Source of the DNA: Narcine bancroftii
Taxonomy: Eukaryota
DNA: 64,000 bases
Direction of reading: 5' to 3'
Assembly (NCBI RefSeq): GCF_036971445.1
Contig: NC_091470.1
Location: 242,110,001-242,174,000 of the forward strand
The stretch's first letter is position 1. Every line of letters starts with the position of its first letter. Made by a program: the position numbers and the translations under genes. The notes under the pieces were generated by a model, which was given only the letters and a program-made list of their open reading frames with translations, did no database searches and was not told where the DNA came from. Shown piece after piece: positions 10,790 to 22,654 of the stretch.

Positions 10790-13700
10790 ATTTCTATGAA
10801 AATAGGAATCAATATATCTTTAAATTCTTTATAAAATTCAGATGGGAAACCATCTTCCCCTGGGGATTTATTACTTTATAATGAACTTAATGCTTCCTTC
10901 TAATTTTGTAAAGCATGCACTCAATTCTGCTTGCTCTTCCAAATTTAATCTAGGTAAATTTATTCTTGATAAATATCTGACTATTTTATTATCATATTTT
11001 AAGGACTCTGAGCTGTATAGTTTGGAATAAAAGCTTTATAAAGTTTAATTTATTTCTCGAGGTTTATAATTGATCATATTAAAATAATTTTTAATTGCAT
11101 TAATCATTCTTGAAGTCTGTTCCAATTTCAATTGCTATGCAAAGTACCTTATGTGCTCATTCACCTAATTCATAGTACCTCTGTTTAGTTCTTGTAATCA
11201 TTTTTTTTCCATTCTATAGGTTTGTAATGTATTATATTGAAGTTTTTATTAATTAGTTGCCTATGTTTATCTTTGGAACATCACTTCTGAAGCTATTTTT
11301 CCAAAAGCTTTATTTCTTGCTCCAATTGATCTACTTCTTTCCTAATTTTAGAGGTAAAACATAATTTGTTCTCTTAAGTTATCCCATATTACAAATTTAT
11401 TATTCACTGATTTCAAATGTGTGTTAAAAAAATAAGGGAACTTTTCTTCTTATAAAGTCGCAAAAGTGTTTTCTTTTGAATAAAATTGAATTCAATCTCC
11501 ATCTATATACCAATTTCTCTATACCTGGCATTACAAAAGTCATTATCAAAGGTGAGTGATCAGATAAAATTCTCATTTTGTATTCAACATCTAATATCCT
11601 GCTTTGTATTCGTGCAGATAACAAAAACAAATCAATTCTGGAATAAGAATTGCATCTATTTGGATCAAATAGTCTCTTTCTCTAGGATGACTTTTCCTGC
11701 ATACATCTATTGAATTCATATCCCTCATTTATACCAATGTAGCTTTTGCTGCTTTAGTTCTTACTACTGTAGTTCTATCCATAATTGGATCTAAACAAAA
11801 ATTAAAGTCTCCTCCTATCAAAATATTTTCAAGTACCTCTTCTAAGTTCAAAAAGGTTTCTTGAATAAATCTCTCATCATCTACATTTGGTGCATACAGG
11901 TTTAGAAGTGTCCATAATTTGAAAAATATTTGACAATATATCATCACATATCTCCCAGCAGGAAATGTTACTACATCTTTTTAATTGGAATATGCTTTTT
12001 CACTAAAATTGCCACTATTCTTGCCTTGGAATTAAAATAAGAAGCTACTACATGTCCAACCCAATCTCTATTTTACTTCAAATGTTCTTTTTCAGTTAAA
12101 TGAGTTTCTTGCAAAAAAAGAGCTCTATCTACTCTTGTGGCAGCGCACTCTCTCATGGCATACTGGCACCACTTTGTTCCACTGCGTGGTGGGGAAGCCA
12201 TGAGAAGAGGGTGCCATCAGGGGTCCTCCTTACCCTGTGGTTCCAGCCCAGCACGCGCTTCAGGCAGTTGTTGAGATGTCACCGATCATGCGGTGGCCAA
12301 CCTCACGCTGCCCTTAAAGGGGCACACACAGGATTTGAATTAAACAGTCATTAAGAGCATCCAAGGTATTTGCTGTAGCTCCACTCTCATCTTCTTAATG
12401 TATATTAATACTCTTTTCCTTTTCTTAGTTCTGTTTATCCCATTAACATTATAATTTATAGATTTAATGGTATTACTCATCTTAATAGATCATTAATTCC
12501 TCAGCTTTTGTCTGTGAACCTCCCTCCCACAACTCTTATCATTCTAAACCCAACGTGTTTGCATAAACCTCCTTGGCAATCCAGATAAAAAGAAAAAATA
12601 AAGAAAAATACAATTAAAAAATACTTATGACAAAGCTTGTAACTATATATAAACAAAATTAATCCTCCCCAATAGGTGTTATAATAATAAAATCCAACAC
12701 CACCTCCCTCTATTTTACGGGCTGTGACTGGAGTCACAGCTGCCCACATGATCCAGTAGAAGTCAGAACCTCATACCCTCCTCAAACTCCCTAGTACATT
12801 TTCCTTCCCTCCTTAAATCTTTCTGAAACATTTATTTTAAAAAACCCATAGACTAAACAAAGATAATAAAGATAAAGAAAAGGTATTTAGTATACAATAT
12901 TCTAAATTACTTTGCCTTATGAAAACTACCAAAGGAATTAAGTCCATCAAAGAAACAAAAACATCAACAAATCTTTTTACTCTTCATTCTTCCTGAATTG
13001 GCAGATTTTATGCAAAATCTTCAGCTTCCACAAAGCTCGAAAAGAACTTATTTTCTCCATCAGGTATGAAGATCTTCAAGGTTGCTGGATGGTGTAATAC
13101 AAACCGATATCCTTTCTCCCATAAAATCTTCTTTACCAGATTAAATTCTCTTCTTTTTAATAAATCGGTGCTTATATCAGCATAAAATAAAACTTTGGCC
13201 TCTTCACACTCAAGCAGGCCTCCTGTTAACCTTGCCTTCCTGCCTACCAAAGATGAAATCTTCTTACCTTGGTATTGAAGAAATTTAGTTAACACAGATC
13301 GTGGATTGAGTTGGAAGCAGTTTTCCTCTAAGAGTTGTATGTGCTGTTTCAATCTCTATAGGATGTTCAAAATATTCAGCCCCCAACATTTCAGGAAATC
13401 ATTCTGAAAAAAAGCCAATTAGGCCTTGTTTTTCTACATTTTTTTTTAAGACCCATTATCTTAATATTGTTTCTCCTACTGAAATTTCCCAGTATATCCA
13501 CCTTTTGCTGTAGCTTCTTATTCTCCATTGTTAAAACCATGGTAGTATCTTCCACTATAGTCATTCTGTCTTCCACATGTTGTATCACCAAATTCATAGT
13601 ACCTCTGTTTAGTTCTTGTAATCATTTTTTTTCTGTTCTATAGGTTTGTAATGTATTATATTGAAGTTTTTTTTATTCATTAGTTGCCTATGTTTATCTT

Positions 13701-14215
13701 TGGAACTTCACTTGTTGCATTTTTTCATTGAGCCTTCTAATTTGTCCAGTTTTTTCTTCATTTTATTAATTGCCTCCAAACTTTATTTATTTCTCCCTTT
13801 ACATTTGACAGTAATTCAATACTAGATATATCTTTAGCTTTACTTTTGGTTCTGCTTTTAACAATTTTAACTCTTTTTCATTACCTCTTCTTCCTGCTGC
13901 TGCTCTCCATCTTGGTCTCCATCCTCTTCGCTGCTAGATGCCTGTGAGCTGAGTCTTCTTCCTCCGATAGCATTGCTGAAGGCCCCCATTGTTTGCGCAT
14001 CTGCAGATCACTTCCGGTTCCTTCTTGGACCACTACTCTCCATCGCTACGGGAGAGCGACATCAAATGAAGGTCCCACAAGTGGATCACTCACCCGAGGA
14101 GCAGCTCGAATGGTAGCTCCCTGCTTCTCATCAACAGGAGGTGTCAAGTCTCTTCTTCTCTTCGCCTTGCGTCGGGCGCCAGGTAAGGCTGCAGTAGTAT
14201 TGTTTTGGAGACATG
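10790..14215 (-). mobile_element. Second degenerate L1 (GC-rich 5' region, ORF1, endonuclease, start of RT)
   Basis: Minus ORFs NFSRRNNIKIMGL, FYADISTDLLKRREFN..HPATLKIF, LNLYAPN..IGGDFN and ILSDHSPL. The 5' boundary is approximate. Confidence 0.85.
12136..12383 (+). mobile_element. Solo LTR (Gypsy-type)
   Basis: TG...CA termini, 4-bp TSD CTCT (12132-12135 and 12384-12387), internal ATTAAA. Removing it rejoins the L1 endonuclease motif YIKKMRVD..LQETHL. Confidence 0.8.
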
Positions 14216-14395
14216 TTTAAAGGTGTTGGAAATGTATTTAAATTTACTTCAGTAACTTTTAAATGTTCAGAACATTGCTTAGTTTAACTTTTTTTAAAGT
14301 TTTCCCAGGTTCCACCCTGGAGCATCAAGTGACATCCCAATAAAAAAATACAATGCCAAGGCTGTGGGTCGGACCTTGAACCCAGTAATTTGGGG

Positions 14396-14660
14396 CAGCA
14401 CATTGATGCAGTTAGTAAAGCTGCGGCCTCACAGCAACATAATTCAGACCTCCAGTGCTGTTTGTGTAAAATTTGGATATTCTCCCTCATTCCTTAAGTT
14501 TTCTCCAAGTGCTTGTAATTCCTTCAGTGCGTTAGTTGCTAGGTTGATTGGCCACTTTAACTTGCTCATGCTGGTAAAATGTGGTGGTTGATGTGGGAAG
14601 CATAAAACCGTGGTTGAATTTGTACAGGGTCTCTGGGCTGAAGGGTCTATCTGCCATCTC
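14396..14660 (+). mobile_element. Degenerate V-type tRNA-derived SINE
   Basis: Diverged match to the copies at 20477 and 54335, with a CR1-like tail GGGCTGAAGGGTCT. Boundaries approximate. Confidence 0.55.
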
Positions 14661-14734
14661 TCTTTGAAACGGTAACTGTTTACCTTCAACAGATTCTACC
14701 CCAGCTGCTGGGTGTTCAGCATTTTCACTAAAAA

Positions 14735-15081
14735 TAAATACAGTGCTGGAGGAACTCAGCAGCTAATGGTTTAATGAAAGCCAGAAATGTCAATAACCTC
14801 CAACTGGATGGCGTTAATTCTGTATCCTTGTCCCTTCTATCCAATTAACACATTTTGTTAGTTTTCATTCCTCCCCCATTGTTTGAATTCTGAGATTTCT
14901 TGCTTCTGATTTATTCCGCTTATTCCTTGAAGAGGGGCTGAGGCCCGAAAGTCAGCAATGAAAAGACTGGCTAAGTTGTTCCAGCATTTCCCTGTGTTTT
15001 TACTGCAATCACAGCATCTGCAAACTTTCATGTTTTGTCAAGATACATAACCAATGTTACGGGCTTGAGCCCTTCATCGAG
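14735..15081. mobile_element. Penelope-like terminal repeat remnants in both orientations
   Basis: GCTGGAGGAACTCAGCAG plus TTGAAGAGGGGCTGAGGCCCGAAA (+, 14927-14950) and CTCGATGAAGGGCTCAAGCCCGTAAC (-, within 15051-15081). The same motif set recurs across the window. Confidence 0.55.
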
Positions 15082-15188
15082 CAAAATGTAGGCAGGCGCC
15101 CGAACAAAAAGTGTTTGATGCTGGTTTTGTACGATTTGCCATGGACCATTTTTCCATTCTGTGATTCTGATGGGGGGGGGTTGATCGT

Positions 15189-15480
15189 GTGAGGCCACTG
15201 CGCGTGCGCAGAGTAATGCACTCCACGCCGGGCAGCGCCGGAGTGCGTGGCGGGATGCGCGATGACGCGTCACGGAGTGATGCTGTGTGCGTGGGCTACG
15301 CTGTGACGTTCGGTGCGGACCTAAAGTTTGGGCTGGATCCGGAGAGAAAGGATCGATTGGCGGATCCCGAACCCTGGGCCTTGCCGCGCCACAAGGTAAA
15401 AAGCGTTCGCTCAAACCGAAGGAGCCCACCCGAACACAACTCCACGACCCACGGAATAAAGCACGTCCGGAGCGCGGGTT
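15189..15480 (+). promoter_or_regulatory. CpG-island-like promoter candidate for acvr1l
   Basis: The only CpG-dense stretch upstream of the gene not attributable to a transposon. NRF1-like TGCGCGTGCGCA (15199-15210), palindrome TGACGCGTCA (15263-15272) and CRE half-site GTGACGT. Confidence 0.65.
15280..15395 (+). other. acvr1l: Putative non-coding first exon (start uncertain)
   Basis: Donor-like CAAG|GTAAAA at 15395/15396 inside the CpG island. The ATG-bearing exon has its own acceptor, so an upstream exon is needed. Confidence 0.45.
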
Positions 15481-16555
15481 GGAGAAGGGAGAGAAATGTT
15501 GAGATGGGGAGACGGCAGGGAGCGGCATCAGGGGGGAAAGAGTAGCGGCAGACGGGGAGGGAATGGAGGAGAGGGAATAGGGAGGGGGGACGGGGAGGGA
15601 ATGGTGAGGGGGGACGGGGAGGGAATGGTGAGGGGGGAATAGGGAGAGGGAGGGACAGGGAATAGGGGGAGAGAGGGACGGAGAGGGAAGGGGGGTGGTG
15701 GAGGGAATGCAGGGACGTATGGGAAGAGAGGAGGGAATGGGGAGAGGGGATGGCAATGGGGGTAGGGAGGGAAGGATGGGGAGGGAGAGAGGGGAATGGG
15801 GGAGGGAGGGATGGGGAATAGGGGAGATGGAGGGAATGTGGGGACATGGGTAGAGAGGAGGGAATGGGGAGAGGGGATGGGAAGGGAGGGAATGGGGACA
15901 AGAGGGGGTTGCAGAGGGAATAGGAGGGGAGGGAGGGAATGGGAGAGAGGGGGTAGGGAGGGAATGGGGAGAGAGGGAAGGAATAGAGAGGGGGACGGGG
16001 AAGAGCTGTTGCGGGATGAGGGGCGATGAAAGACTGGGGAGACATGAAAGAGGGAAGGAAGTGAATGGGGCTGGGGAGAGATGCAAGGGGGAAGAGGGAA
16101 TGAGCAGATGGATAGGATGGAAAGAGGGAGGAGGACAGTGGGTAGAGCGGGATGGGGAGCAAGAGTGGGACAGAGAGTGAAAGGGGAGTGGGGGAAGAAA
16201 TAGAGAGGGGTACGGGGAGGAGCTGTTGCGGGATGAGGGGCAATGAGAGACTGGGGAGACATGAAAGAGGGATGGAAGTGAATGGGGATGGGGAGAGATG
16301 CAAAGGGGAAGAGGGAATGAGCAGATGGATAGGATGGAAAGAGGGAGAAGGACAGTGGGTAGAGAGGGATGGGGAACAAGAGTGGGACAGGGAGTGAAAG
16401 GGGCTGGAGCAAGAAAGGGATGGGGCAATAGGGAGATGAATGGCAGGAATGAGAGGTGGGGAAGGGGGATGAGGCAGGGAATGGGGAGAAGGAGTTGAAC
16501 ATGGGGGGAGTGATGCAAAAGAGTGGGACAGGGAGTGAATCAGGAGAAAGACAGG
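15481..16555. repeat. About 1.1-kb polypurine (GGGAGAGG/GGGAATGG) low-complexity tract with a 217-bp tandem duplication
   Basis: The + strand is overwhelmingly G/A. GCTGTTGCGGGATGAGGGG starts at 16005 and 16222; GCAGATGGATAGG at 16104 and 16321. Confidence 0.9.
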
Positions 16556-17796
16556 TAAAACACAAAAATCTGCAGACACAGTGTGTGTGGAGAGATGTTG
16601 GATGAGGGGATAAATGGACATTCGGCTCAGATGGGGTTGAGTGTGAATTGCAACAATTGTAGGAATTGGAAACAAGTATTCATGGTGAGAGAGGAGATGT
16701 AAATGTTGTTGGACAGGAAAGAAAGAGGTTCCATGTTTTTGTTCATTGTATGATGTTCTGCATTAATAGTTTTTTTCAGTATTGTCTTTCCTGTTTTTAA
16801 GCTGTTTGTCTGTCATCCAGACGATGAACTAAAATATCAGATATTGAGGCAGATTTGTTTCTGTGACTTTTTTTGATTAAATGCTTTTCACCTGCATTGT
16901 CTTCTGTTTCTATTGAAAGGTCATCAATGTTAAAAAGTGACCGAATGTTTTGCTCCACAGATGTTGCCTGATCCAGTGTTTTCAGCATTTCATATTTTCA
17001 ACATCCACAGTATTTTACTTTGTTCCTGTGGGATTGTGCATGTTATGAATTTTAACATCACCAAACAGAGGAGATAAATGACTTCCTCTGATTGTGAATC
17101 AGTTTTGGTGCATGTAATTCTTTATCCAAGGATTGAAAAGAATCACTCATAGCATTGAAAACATTTTCAAAAATTAAAAAATAGGGATGGATTTAATATA
17201 ATTAGGACAAAACCTTGAGAAAGATGGCAATCATAGGGCATTGATTCAACATATTTTCTGAAAGACAACAGAAGACTCAACTATTGCTGCATCCTAAGTG
17301 TAGCTTAGATGAGGTACCCAGATGTTAGGGCAATAAAAGTGGATGGGTGCAGAAGACTGTGGGCCAATAGTATTTCCAGCACATTCATCCACATGGAGCA
17401 CTTGTTGCAGGTCATTAAAGCTGTTGTAAAAAGCAATATTGTGTTTATTTAACATGTAAGAGTTTTACCATGCATTGACTCTATACAAATACTAAAGGTC
17501 TGAAAGGTAAATTCTACCCTGTGTGTAGCTTCTGGATGATTCGAGTCATCCTCTTGAGCTAGGGTTTCCTTAATTTTCTGTTCTTAGTGACTCTTCCCCC
17601 CCCCCCCCGCCTCACTGCAGATCCTCCAAAACAAAAACATAAATGCTGAAAATCTGAACTATCTGAATATTTTTTTTTTATGGAGGGGTAATGTCCACGT
17701 GACTGTCCCCCCTTGCCTCACTGCGAAAATTCCTCACTGTGGATCCTCCAAAACAAAAACATAAAAGCTGAAAATCTGAACTATCTGAACAATTTT

Positions 17797-17982
17797 TTTT
17801 ATGGAGGGGTAATGTCCACGTCAGCTGCAGGCTCGTTTGTGGCTGACAAGTCTAATGCGGGACAGGCAGACACGGTTGCAGCGGTTGCAAGGGAAAATTG
17901 GTTGGCTGGGGTTGGGTTTTTCCTCTTTTGTCAGTGAGGTGGGCTTTGCGGTCTTCTTCAAAGGAGATTGCTGCCCACCGAA
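17797..17982 (-). mobile_element. Short 3' fragment of the same RTE family
   Basis: Reverse complement of about 8335-8535 (GCTGCAGGCTCGTTTGTGGCTGACAAGTC..). Confidence 0.85.
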
Positions 17983-19077
17983 CATAAACTACTGAACATA
18001 AACTACTGGAAATGCTATGGGGGGGGAATGGACTTGTGGGCTGCAAGGGCCTGTTTCCATGTTGTATGTCTAAACATAGCATACTCAAGGGTTAGACAGA
18101 AGGTGTAGAAAGATTAACAGAATTAACACTGAAGAAGGAACTGGGAAATAGGTGAAAGAAAGTTATTTTTTTTACGTGGTGAAGAAGGTGATGTTGAGTT
18201 GGATATTTGTGTGCAAGGGAATATTTGTGATTGGGTCAGGCTGGGAGTTGTTATCTGGTTAAATGGGTAGACATAACTTGGATGGAATTGCATTTCCTGT
18301 ACTAGTTGTTGCTAATAGCTGAGCTGAGTAACATGTCCAGTGGGATAGGCTGAACTAATGGAGAGAGAAAGATGATTTGCAGCAAAAATTGCCAGTTCTG
18401 ATACAGATAGCAAAAAATTGTTGCATTCAGAATTGAGTTTAGGAGGTTGAAAATTGTCCAGACAGAAAATTAGATTTGTTCTTCATCTTGCATTGGTTCA
18501 CCCAATGTGCATTTGATTTCTCCAATGTTTGGGGGAAAAAAAGGTCTAATTTTTTTTGACTGTTTGGTGATTTTTTTTTAGAAACAAACTTGGAAACAGT
18601 GCTGTATGAACAAAAAAAACATCAAGTCTGTAAATGGCAGTGATGAACCTGGACAGGCTCAAAGGCCGTTGACAAACCACATTCTGGGCTTGTTTCTGTT
18701 AGAAAGGGAGGAAATTGGTTTGTCATTCCAAGATGGTTAGCCAAGTTTGTATTAATTGTAAAAAAAATGTTTTAATATGTGTCCACCATGTAAGTTCTGT
18801 CACCTACTGATGAGATCAAATTACAAGAAGCATGGTAGTCTGAAGGAGGTTCTTTGTTTAAAACCTGTTATAGGATAGTTGCAAACTGATTTGGAACAGG
18901 GAGGTGGGGCTCTAGGTCTGTGTATTAAAAAATGTGCTGGTGTGCTTAAGAATGATATTAGTAAGCAGAAGTAGTAAGAGATGTTGTGGTGAGACATTTA
19001 GTGCATGGATGAACTACGATGTTATGACTAGTGTACTAAATATGTTGATAAGGCAATCTTTTTGGAATAAAGCAGAA

Positions 19078-19806
19078 AAACACGAAAGTCTGCAGACACC
19101 GTGATTGAAGTGAAAACATAATGCTGGAGAAACTTAGCAGGTCAAACAGCGTACAGGTGCTCCCTTACTTGTGATGGTCCGACTTATGAATTTTCAAAGT
19201 TATGATGATTTGAATTTGTTCTTTCAATTTTGACTTCCAATCTGATTCCACGCTTGCGATATGCGGTACGCTACTCTCACAGTGCTGGGTGGTGGCAACA
19301 TCGCGTGAGAGTATCGTACAGCATACTATTTCCCGATGCTGACTCAACCATGCTTGAAGTCTCTGTAGCGATCTCGCGAATAAGTGCACTGTAAACAACC
19401 CATCATGATCGTCATCAGACGAGAGTGAAATTGATGACCCTGTTGACTTAGCATCCTCGCCATCCAGCAATTAAGTTTAGTTCAATGCTTCAAACATTCT
19501 TCATGTCCACTGTGCTTTCAGCTGTGTACATTAATGGCTTTTTTTTCAGTGTGGAATAAAGGAATTCAAAATTTAACTATAAAAAATGGTAGGTGCAATA
19601 TTCTTTTTTGACATGATTTTTTTCAACTTACGATGGGTTTGCTGAAACGCAACCCCATCGTAAGTTGAGGAGCACCCTTTTTCAGCTTGAGCCCTTCATC
19701 AAGGTTGATAAAGGACTCAAGCCTGAAACGTTGGTTCTATATCTTTATCTTTTCTATATAAAGTACACTGACCTGCTGAGTTTCTCAATCATTGTGTTTT
19801 TACTTT
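19078..19806. mobile_element. Foldback of two inverted Penelope-like termini, interrupted by a Tigger MITE
   Basis: Arm 19108-19153 is complementary to 19764-19806. Central hairpin CTTGAGCCCTTCATCAA-GG-TTGATAAAGGACTCAAG. Confidence 0.6.
19154..19677. mobile_element. Tigger/pogo-family non-autonomous element
   Basis: TA|CAGGTGCTCCCTTACTTGTGATGG ... CCATCGTAAGTTGAGGAGCACC inverted termini; right end slightly clipped. Confidence 0.75.
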
Positions 19807-20476
19807 ATGGAGTACAGTTCTCTTTTGGCATGGTGTATTAAAGGAAAATTAACGTTGGAATTAAAATATGAATGATTTGGTCAAGTCCTTGTGGTAAAGT
19901 CCTCAGAGTTGAGCTCTTTTGTCGGTACCCTCAATTTCCAGTGAACTGTTTGAGTTATATATTCAGTGAGGCATGACCAATTTGCTTGAATATTTGAACT
20001 GTTTTTGAAGTGAACGCTAAAAATTAAGATACTTTATGAATAACTTGGTGTCTGTCATAAATTGTCTGCATTTCAGGAGTGCTTTTATTTATACAATTCG
20101 TGGTCTTAAATAGAAAGGATTTTTACTGATTTCGCTTGTCTTTTGATTTAGACTTTCAGCTGCAATAGAAATCAAATGTCACCATCTCTGAAATCGTGCA
20201 CTGCAGAAGGAGCCATTCGACCCATTGTCCCTGGGGTGGCTCTTAGCAAGAGCTTTGTACTTAGCTACTGTACTTGTGCATAGCTCTGGAAATTCTTCCT
20301 TCTCAAGTAAGTACCTGATCTTGGCATTTTCATTAATAAAAGTTCAGGACTTGTACAGGACATATAAAGAACACTTGTCTAGAAATTAATTTTAGGAGTG
20401 TTAATGATATCCGTGAGATATTAATACTGAATAGGATCCCCTCAAAACAAAAACTAGTATTAGCTTTAAAAAAAGG

Positions 20477-20700
20477 GGGGCGGCACAGGTTAGTGCAAAG
20501 CTATGACAGCACCGATGACCTAGGTTCAAATCTGGCGTTGTCTAAGGAGTTTGTATATGCTTCCTGTGTCTGTGGGTTTCCTCTGGGTGCTCAGGTTTCC
20601 TCACAGCTTTCAAAAACATACGGGAGCTGTAGCTTAATTAAGGTATTTGAGTGGCATGGGGTCCTAGGCTGGAAGGGCCTGTTAACACGTTGTATGTCTT
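20477..20700 (+). mobile_element. V-type tRNA-derived SINE (HE1-like)
   Basis: B-box GGTTCAAATC, V-domain GGGTTTCCTCTGGGTGCTCAGGTTTCCTC, CR1-type tail GGCTGGAAGGGCCTGTT. Confidence 0.8.
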
Positions 20701-22654
20701 ATTGTTTATTTTTAAAAATCCTCTTTGTCTAATAGATTTGTGATTTGTACCAGCATCATGGACTTAAAAAATAGTATTTGTGTGTCCTCTGACGAAATCA
20801 GGCTTAGTTGAATGCAGCTCCTAACAATTTTACTCTGCACCCATCTTAAACAGCCCTCAGCACTGCCGGACAGCAGCACATATGTTACAGCTGTCTTTGC
20901 AAGGGAAACTGCAGGAAAGAGGAGCAACTCTATATTTACTGAAAGAGATCAGACATTCTTCTAAGTGGTCATTGTTAATCAAAGTGTCTTGTGTAATAGA
21001 ACAGCCAACAGGTTTGCTAAAGGTGCGTGGAAGGGGCCTGCGAGAGGTAGTCACTAGCCGTCTTTGGGATTACATGTAGTGAGAATGCCCATTCATTTGA
21101 ACAGTGCAGAAATGAATGTCATGTCCTCATGAGATTTGTCAAGGTGAGCAGCAGTCAATTGGGAACCTCTGGCATTCATTCATGGATGTGTTGTGATCAG
21201 TGAAAGGGATGATGTGATGGATTGTTGTCCCTCACCCAGGCTCTCTGGGCTGACTTGGATGAACTATATTGGTTTTAAGGATTGGAGTCTGGAGGGGGTC
21301 ACTTTGTTTTGATTAAGAACTATGATTTACTTGGCTTCTCAGGAGAACGTTTCTTTATCAGCGATCCCTTGTTGCATGTCCTGTTACTTTCTCGCTCCTT
21401 CTGCTCTTTTGGGAAACGAGGCTAGTGGTAGGACTTAGTAGCTAACTTTGTTCTTAAACTTTGGCAGTTCTTCATCCAAGCCTTTAGTCCCCAAGTTTCC
21501 TGATCTGCATGCTACTTTTTCTCTGACACTTGCTGCTGGCCATGTTAAATCATGCAGCATATGACACACAACAGCATAGTTTCCTCACCTACTCCATGTA
21601 AACAGCTGGGTGCACCTGGATCATTGCAGGGACCAAAATTTCATTTTCAGAGTGAGTCATGATTTTGATAGCCATTCTTGTGATAATGTGGCTCTCAATA
21701 TAGCTGTTTAGCACCTGTCGAGGTACCCAAAAGTGTTGGAGATACTCAGAAGCTCATGCAGCATCCATAGAAGGTAAAAGGCAATGGATGTTTTAGGCCT
21801 GAACCCTTCTTCAGGAGGAAACCTTTCCCTTTGTTGAAATGGCCTATGTTGTTATTAGGCATTCTCATAGGCAGCAAAGCTTGCAGATCCCAGTGCCTGA
21901 GATGCCGTCTGCTTCTTGTATACCTCAGCAGTGGTGCAACTCATTGAGAGTAGCTTGCAAAGATTCAGTGGAAATAAAGTTGAGTTATTGTGATTTTGAA
22001 CCCATAGAGAGAGCAGTCTAGAAAGTATTCCCACAGAACAATGCACACTTTTGTGATAGCCTTGGAAAAGCTGACTTTGAAACACATTGTTCATCAGATG
22101 GATCCAGAAAGGATGTGATGTCCCCCAAGGTAGATGGGGTTATTTTCTTCAAGATTCCCAACTCGCCCTTTGTCGTTTATTGTTATATCAATTCTTATGA
22201 TAATGGGAAGCTACCAGTGATGTAACCACTAGGGCACTTTTATGAATATCTCAGCTGTTGAATGCTCAAAAAGAACGTTCCCTTTTCATTAAAGTGCACT
22301 TTGTCAATTGGAAGGTGTCAATTTTGAAGCTGCCCAGTCATGCCTCCTAATCTTAGAGAGTCCTTTTAGCAGATATGAAACCCATAAAGGGGCATACAGT
22401 TCTTCCAGTTGTCCTATGAACTGTTCAATGGCAGTTGTAGCTTGGATCCAGAATCTTGAGTTTATTGGAGAAAATATGCTGCACGCAACTGATACCAGGA
22501 CATCAGATGCAGCAACGTTAATTCTGCAGGGAGTCTCTGCTCCAATTTATCTTTTTTTCTTGGAAATAATTGATATCGCAATCTCTGACAGGTTAAGTAA
22601 TCTTTATGTTCAGTTTGTGCATTAAAAAACAAGTGCTAATTTATCTAATTTGTA

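Noticed and set aside
13900-14215. Second CpG-rich patch as a host promoter
   Set aside because: Lies at the 5' end of the minus-strand L1 and is better explained as that element's 5' region.
15262-15306. 14-codon uORF (MTRHGVMLCAWATL) in the promoter region
   Set aside because: The TSS is unknown, so it may not be transcribed; no conservation evidence available.
15028-16675. Long Pro/Ser/Leu-rich minus-strand ORFs (496, 459 and 345 aa)
   Set aside because: All three frames are open because the pyrimidine-rich strand lacks stop codons; this is a low-complexity artefact.
20477-20550. tRNA gene
   Set aside because: A tRNA-like SINE head with no intact cloverleaf, followed by a V-domain and LINE tail.
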